Assembly (NCBI RefSeq): GCF_000017945.1
Contig: NC_009776.1
Span: 1,080,001-1,112,000 of the forward strand
Direction: 5' to 3'
Source of the DNA: Ignicoccus hospitalis KIN4/I
GTDB taxonomy: Archaea; Thermoproteota; Thermoprotei_A; Sulfolobales; Ignicoccaceae
Length of the DNA stretch: 32,000 bases
How positions within the stretch are numbered: the stretch's first letter is position 1; each line of letters begins with the position of its first letter. Under the pieces are notes generated by a model. That model did not search any database. It was not told the DNA's origin and worked only from the letters and a program-made list of their open reading frames with translations. The translations under genes were made by a program, and so were the position numbers. Shown here in pieces: positions 27,190-32,000 of the stretch.

Positions 27190-28027
27190 CCGGCCTGACC
27201 AAGCTCCTCGAGAAGGAGGACGTGAGCGCCTCCTCCAGCTCGTTGACCTCTTCCACCAACTCCCTCAAGTACTTGGTGGGTAAGGAGGCTACCAGCCTCG
27301 CGCCCTCAACTAGGTCCCCGGGGGTCAGGGGGACCACCTCGAGCTTCTTGCCTGCGAACACGTGCTTGGAGTAGTCCACGAGGGGGTGGAGGTACACCGT
27401 TCCCCCCTCCTTTACGCACATCGCTGCGGTGTCGAGCGCGCTGGCCTCCGGGACCGAGACCACCACGGCGTCCCACTCTTGGGTACAAGCCGAGGCGGTG
27501 GTGGGGTAGTAGTTCAAGTCAAAGCTTATCTCCCTCCCCCAAGGGAGCAGCGGGAGCTCCCAAGAGAGCTTGTAGGAGGCCAACACGTTAGTTAGGCCCG
27601 AGCCGACGAGCAAGGTCTTCTTGTCGGAGGTGAGCTCAGCTATCTTGAGGGCCAACGCCCCGGCGGAGGCCAAGGCCTTCGCGTAGTCCGGCACGTCCGG
27701 GGCCTCCGCTAAGGACTCCTTGGGCACCACTACGTACTCCGCCAAGGTGCCGTCCCTGGTCACCCCCAGTATGCCGTCGAAGTAGCTGTTTATTAAGACC
27801 TCCTTCCCCTCTTCCTCCTCCACCTCTACGCCCGCCTCCAAGACGTTGCCGAAGCCCTCCAGCCCCAACACGCGCTCGGGCTCCACCCAGATGTTGCCCC
27901 TTTCCAGGCCCCTCTCCAAGGGGGAGACCGAGGCTAACTTCACCTTTACGAGGACGTGGTCCTTCGGGACGGGGGGAATGGGCGTCTCTTCGACGACCAA
28001 GTCCCCTCGGAACTTGACGGCCCTCAT
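27179..28027 (-). CDS. Alcohol dehydrogenase-like (MDR superfamily) protein, short form
   Basis: [44 protein letters not shown]...VLGLEGFGNVLEAG...DGTLAEYVVVPKESL. Confidence 0.8.
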   Translation of the reverse strand: MRAVKFRGDLVVEETPIPPVPKDHVLVKVKLASVSPLERGLERGNIWVEPERVLGLEGFGNVLEAGVEVEEEEGKEVLINSYFDGILGVTRDGTLAEYVVVPKESLAEAPDVPDYAKALASAGALALKIAELTSDKKTLLVGSGLTNVLASYKLSWELPLLPWGREISFDLNYYPTTASACTQEWDAVVVSVPEASALDTAAMCVKEGGTVYLHPLVDYSKHVFAGKKLEVVPLTPGDLVEGARLVASLPTKYLRELVEEVNELEEALTSSFSRSLVRPDAL

Positions 28028-28551
28028 TTGCCCTCCACCGCCAACCTCTTCTTAAGGTAGGGGACCAAGCCCCCGCTCTCCAAGATCTCCAGTAAGCTCG
28101 GGGGGAGCTTGGGGACGTCGAACTCCTTCTTGAGGTTCCCTTCCTTGTCGTAAACCCTCACCTTCCCTCCCTCTAGGTCTACCTCGACCTCGTCCCCCTC
28201 TTCCACCGCCTCGCTTATCCCCTTGACGGCCACCGCGGGCAAGCCTTGGTTTATGCAGTTCCTATAGAATATTCTGGCGAAGCTCTCCGCGACCACCGCC
28301 TTAACCCCGGCGCCCTTTAAGGCCACAACGGCTTGCTCCCTGGAGCTCCCCATCCCGAAGTTCTTGCCCGCGACGACTATGACGCCGCCCAGCTCCTTGC
28401 TGCGCTGGTAGAAGTCCGGCATTATCGGCTCGAAGCAGTGCTTGCCCAGAGTTTCGGGGTCAGTATAGATCAAGTAACGCCCCGGAATTATGACGTCCGT
28501 GTCTATGTTGTCGCCCACCTTAATGGCCTTCGCCCTTATAGCTCCGGTCAC
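28024..28551 (-). CDS. leuD: 3-isopropylmalate dehydratase / homoaconitase small subunit
   Basis: [14 protein letters not shown]...[47 protein letters not shown]. Confidence 0.93.
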   Translation of the reverse strand: MTGAIRAKAIKVGDNIDTDVIIPGRYLIYTDPETLGKHCFEPIMPDFYQRSKELGGVIVVAGKNFGMGSSREQAVVALKGAGVKAVVAESFARIFYRNCINQGLPAVAVKGISEAVEEGDEVEVDLEGGKVRVYDKEGNLKKEFDVPKLPPSLLEILESGGLVPYLKKRLAVEGK

Positions 28552-28644
28552 TGCGCGATCCCGGTCGGACTCGGGGAGGAGGTTATATAGTGTTGCTGCA
28601 AAAACCCTATTATTTCCTACTAAGCGCGCGTCCGGTAGTCGGCT

Positions 28645-30078
28645 TTGGTGACGCCGTTCTCAGATGAGCTGAGAAAGTACAGGCCGGCGTTCGAACGGGT
28701 TAAGATACTTGACGCCACCTTGAGGGAGGGGGAGCAGACCCCGGGCGTCTCCTTCACTATAGACCAGAAGCTGGAGATAGCGAAGAAGCTGGACGAGATA
28801 GGCGTCCACATGATAGAGGCCGGCCACCCGGCGGTGGCGCCGGACGTGTACGAGGCCGTGAGGAGGATAGCGTGGATGAAGAAGGAGGGGGAGATAAGGG
28901 CCGAGGTCGTGGCCCACAGCAGGGCGGTCAAGAGCGACATAGACAAGGCCGCGGAGACCGAAGCGGATAGGATAGCCATCTTCTACGGGGTCAGCGACAT
29001 ACACTTGAACGCTAAACACAAGAAGACGAGGGAAGAGGCCCTCAGCATAATCGGCGAAATGGTGGAGTACGCGAAGGGTTACGGCGTGAAGGTAAGGTTC
29101 ACCGCCGAGGACGCCTCGAGGGCGGACTTGCAGTACTTGGAGCAAGTGGTCAAGACCGCGAGGGACGCGGGGGCGGACAGGGTGAGCTTGGCCGACACGG
29201 TAGGGGTACTAACCCCGTGGACCGCTCAGAAGTTCTTCGAACACATGGTAAAGGCAGTCCCTAACGTTGAATACGACATCCACGCTCACAATGACTTAGG
29301 CATGGCGCTGGCCACGGCGTTCGGGGCGGTAATGGGAGGGGCCACGGCAGTACACGTGACAGTAAACGGGCTGGGCGAGAGGGTGGGCATAGTCCCCCTC
29401 CAGCTCTTCGCGGTGGCGGTGAAGGTACACTTCGACGTGGAGCTGGTGAAGCTGAGCGGCCTGATGGAGTTGACGAGGATGGTCGAGCGCTACTCCGGCA
29501 TAGAGGTCCCCTACAACATGCCGGTCATAGGCGACTACGCGTTCTTGCACAAGGCCGGCGTCCACGTGGCCGGCATACTGGCAGACCCGAGGACCTACGA
29601 GGCCTTCCCGCCGGAGATGATAGGGAGGAGCAGGGACTACGTGATAGACAAATACACCGGAAAGAAGGCAGTGAAGGCGAAGCTCGAGAAGCTCGGAATA
29701 AAGGTGGACGACGACACGCTGATGAAGATACTAGAAGAGATAAAGAGGAGCAACTTAAGGTTCCTCACCGACGACGCGTTGATAAGCATCGCTGAGAAGG
29801 TGAGCGGCAAGGTGCTCAGGCCCAAGGCGACGGAGAACGTGGAGGCGGTGGTCTGGGTGAAGGTGGACAGCAACGCCTTTACGGGCTCGGTGGCCCGGAG
29901 GCTGAGCAACATAGAGGGCGTTAAGGAGGTTTCCGAAGTAACTGGCGACTATGACTTGCTAGTGAGGATAGAGGCCCCAGACCACAAAGTGCTAAATACC
30001 ATACTGGACACCGTGAGGGGCATGAAGGGTATAGTAGGTACCCACACCCAAATAGTCCTCAAGAAGCTCGAGAAGTGA
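28645..30078 (+). CDS. Homocitrate/2-isopropylmalate synthase family enzyme with C-terminal Lrp/AsnC RAM-like domain
   Basis: LDATLREGEQTPGVSFTIDQKLEIAKKLDEIGVHMIEAGHPA; IHAHNDLGMALA; C-terminal VEAVVWVKVDSNAFTGSVARRLSNIEGVKEVSEVTGDYDLLVRIEAPDHKVLNTILDTVRGMKGIVGTHTQIVLKKL. First Met of the reaction domain may lie downstream of 28645. Confidence 0.9.
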   Translation: MVTPFSDELRKYRPAFERVKILDATLREGEQTPGVSFTIDQKLEIAKKLDEIGVHMIEAGHPAVAPDVYEAVRRIAWMKKEGEIRAEVVAHSRAVKSDIDKAAETEADRIAIFYGVSDIHLNAKHKKTREEALSIIGEMVEYAKGYGVKVRFTAEDASRADLQYLEQVVKTARDAGADRVSLADTVGVLTPWTAQKFFEHMVKAVPNVEYDIHAHNDLGMALATAFGAVMGGATAVHVTVNGLGERVGIVPLQLFAVAVKVHFDVELVKLSGLMELTRMVERYSGIEVPYNMPVIGDYAFLHKAGVHVAGILADPRTYEAFPPEMIGRSRDYVIDKYTGKKAVKAKLEKLGIKVDDDTLMKILEEIKRSNLRFLTDDALISIAEKVSGKVLRPKATENVEAVVWVKVDSNAFTGSVARRLSNIEGVKEVSEVTGDYDLLVRIEAPDHKVLNTILDTVRGMKGIVGTHTQIVLKKLEK

Positions 30079-30682
30079 ACCCTCTCTCCTTCAACAACTC
30101 CTCCTTAGCCTTCTCTATAGCTAGATCGAGCGCGAGCCTCTTTATCATATTTTCTAACTCAGAGGCGCTCAAGGGGCCTACGTGGAGCAGCTCTCTCCCA
30201 ACGGCGTAGGCCGGCACGGCGTTGGCTCCCAAGGAGCGCAACTCTTTCAACCTCTTTTCGGAATCTACGTGAATTACTTCGAGCTCTAAGTTCGTGTACT
30301 TCCTTATTAGAGGCGCCGCCTCTTTCAGCGCCTTATAGCAAGGTAAGCCCGGGTATACGTAGAGCTTGAGCTTCACCGGGTGGGGGAGCGACTCCTCGCC
30401 CGTTCCCTTGGAGAGCTCCTTCAACACCTCTAGGAAACCCGGTATCAGGACGCCCTTTAAGGAGCCGTAGAACGTCACTTTACAAACCCCGTCCTTACAA
30501 GCCCTCAAGTAAGGCTTCTTGGAAGGGTCTTCGGGTTCCTTCCCTTCGATTACCTTCACGCCCCTGACTTCCTTCAAGGGCGAGGCCTCTTCCAGAGGGA
30601 AGGCTTCTACGACCACCTCGCCCTCCAGCTCAGTTATCTTCTTCAAACCTAAGAGTTGGAATAAGAACTCCAGCTCCTTCAA
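30059..30682 (-). CDS. Thioredoxin/glutaredoxin-fold-like protein lacking a CxxC active site
   Basis: VKLKLYVYPGLPCYKALKEAAPLIRKYTNLELEVIHVDSEKRLKELRSLGANAVPAYAVGRELLHVGPLS; convergent with the preceding gene. Confidence 0.6.
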   Translation of the reverse strand: MKELEFLFQLLGLKKITELEGEVVVEAFPLEEASPLKEVRGVKVIEGKEPEDPSKKPYLRACKDGVCKVTFYGSLKGVLIPGFLEVLKELSKGTGEESLPHPVKLKLYVYPGLPCYKALKEAAPLIRKYTNLELEVIHVDSEKRLKELRSLGANAVPAYAVGRELLHVGPLSASELENMIKRLALDLAIEKAKEELLKERGFTSRAS

Positions 30683-30694
30683 ATACCGCCCCCC

Positions 30695-30712
30695 GCTTAC
30701 CTACCGGTAAGC
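30695..30712. repeat. Perfect inverted repeat (7-bp arms, 4-nt spacer)
   Basis: GCTTACC-TACC-GGTAAGC in the divergent intergenic region upstream of the RNA ligase. Confidence 0.6.
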
Positions 30713-30775
30713 AAGGTTATTGAGCGCGGCCCCTATTCAACAGAGCCGCCGGGGGCGGGGCTTTAGGGTAGCGGC

Positions 30776-31843
30776 GTGGAGTACAAGGGGGCGAAGTACA
30801 TACACCTCAAGAAGGGTAAGTGGGGCGGCAAGGGCTCAGTAATCATCTACTACAAGGGGGACGTGGGCGTAGTGCCGGGCTACCCTTCGATACAGAGGCT
30901 CGTGCTTCTCTCCAAGGTCCCCCATTACTTCCCAGAGGGGGTTTCCGTGGAGGAAAAGATGAACGGGTACAACGTCAGGGTAGTCAAGGTCGGCGGAGAG
31001 GTCTTCGCCGTAACGAGGGGAGGTTACCTCTGCCCCTACACCAACGCGAGGCTCAAGAGCGTGTACGGGGAGGAGTTGAGCTCGCTGTTGGACGAGCTCC
31101 CGCCCGGGAGCTTCGTGGCCGGCGAGGTGGTGGGGACGGAGAACCCCTACGTAAGGGTAGAGTATCCAGAGGCGCCGAAGTTCGACTACTTCATCTTCGA
31201 CATCTTCGTGAGGGAGGGAGACGGGTGGAGGCAGATGCCGGTCGAGGAGAGGCACGAGCTGGTGAGGAGGCACGGGCTCCGGGGGGTTAGGCTGTTGGGG
31301 ACCTTCCGGCCCGACGAGTCTGTGAGCAAGATAAAGGAGATCGTCGACCGCTTCGACGCCGAGGGGAGGGAAGGGGTGGTGCTGAAGGACCCCTTGTACA
31401 AGAGGCCCCCCGCGAAGTACACGGGCTCCTTCACCAACATAGGGGACATAGAGCAAGGCATGAAGTACCCGTTCGACGAAGGGAAGGACTACTTATTCCC
31501 CAGGATAGTTAGGGAGATGTTCAAGGTGTTTGAAGAGGGACTGGCCGGGCGGAAGCTGGAGGAGAGGGCCCTCTGGCTTGGGCGCGCCATCTTGGCGCCG
31601 GCCGTCGAGGCGGTCAAGGCCGTCGCCGAGGGGAGGCCCCTCCACGAGGACTTCGTCCTGCGCTTCCCCACGGAGGGGGACCTAGAGGACTACTTGGACT
31701 ACGTTAGGCAGTTGGGGGTGAAGGTAACCGTGTTAGAAAAGTGGGAGGAGGGAGGCTGGGTCGTAGTTAAGGTAAGGAAGTTTAAGCGGAGCCCGGACGT
31801 TATAGAGTCCATGTTGAGGACCGGGAGGACCCCGCTAGACTAG
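30776..31843 (+). CDS. Archaeal ATP-dependent RNA ligase (Rnl3-type)
   Basis: Nucleotidyltransferase motif I EEKMNGYNVRVV, VAGEVVGTENPYV, FDYFIFDIF, EGREGVVLKDP, AKYTGSF; size fits archaeal Rnl3 proteins. Confidence 0.88.
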   Translation: MEYKGAKYIHLKKGKWGGKGSVIIYYKGDVGVVPGYPSIQRLVLLSKVPHYFPEGVSVEEKMNGYNVRVVKVGGEVFAVTRGGYLCPYTNARLKSVYGEELSSLLDELPPGSFVAGEVVGTENPYVRVEYPEAPKFDYFIFDIFVREGDGWRQMPVEERHELVRRHGLRGVRLLGTFRPDESVSKIKEIVDRFDAEGREGVVLKDPLYKRPPAKYTGSFTNIGDIEQGMKYPFDEGKDYLFPRIVREMFKVFEEGLAGRKLEERALWLGRAILAPAVEAVKAVAEGRPLHEDFVLRFPTEGDLEDYLDYVRQLGVKVTVLEKWEEGGWVVVKVRKFKRSPDVIESMLRTGRTPLD

Positions 31844-32000
31844 GCGGGAGGTCATGCCGTTCTCCAAGAGGTCCTCGAAGTCGTCCACCGAGGCCACTTC
31901 TTTCCCATTCAAGAGCACCCTCAGCGGGCCCCCGCCCACCTTACCGACTACCGTACCTCCGGTGACCTTCAAGACCTCCTCCGCGGCTTCCGGCTTAACC
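31835..32000 (-). CDS. C-terminal part of an unidentified gene, truncated by window edge
   Basis: Minus-strand frame open to the edge: VKPEAAEEVLKVTGGTVVGKVGGGPLRVLLNGKEVASVDDFEDLLENGMTSRLV*. Confidence 0.55.
   Translation of the reverse strand, partial: VKPEAAEEVLKVTGGTVVGKVGGGPLRVLLNGKEVASVDDFEDLLENGMTSRLV

Noticed and set aside
1-32000. Search for tRNA, rRNA, transposase/integrase or phage genes
   Set aside because: No cloverleaf-like T-loop (GTTCGAxxC) in an intergenic region, no rRNA core sequence and no recombinase or transposase motif was recognised by eye; a tRNAscan-SE run would be the decisive check.

Overview
The window is archaeal, from a compact hyperthermophilic crenarchaeote; an Ignicoccus-like Desulfurococcales member is my inference. 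Genes are densely packed. Recognisable functions are: GPN-loop GTPase (partial), CBS+Lrp/AsnC-RAM protein, two A/V-type ATPase peripheral subunits, DUF190, SufC/SufB, ClC channel with CBS domains, PheT/PheS, glutamine synthetase, FeoA-like protein, SixA-like phosphatase, flavin reductase-like protein, class II aldolase, YkgJ-like protein, ferredoxin, PIN/PilT-like ATPase/KH protein, amidohydrolase, ADH-like protein, LeuD-like dehydratase small subunit, homocitrate/isopropylmalate-synthase-like enzyme with a C-terminal RAM domain, and an Rnl3-type RNA ligase. The main non-routine observations are: (1) a decayed gene cluster at ~20.9-23.0 kb on the minus strand, whose reconstructed frames look like CRISPR type III-B (Cmr) RAMP subunits, with a Cmr1-like gene broken across several frames, a Cmr3 C-terminus broken at a C4/G4 homopolymer, and an intact unassigned alpha-helical ORF between them; (2) an unannotated canonical C/D box sRNA at ~10106-10154; (3) a protein-tyrosine-phosphatase-like protein whose P-loop cysteine appears replaced by serine; (4) inverted repeats over the putative glnA promoter; (5) several small or unassigned ORFs. 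No tRNA, rRNA, CRISPR array or transposase was found.
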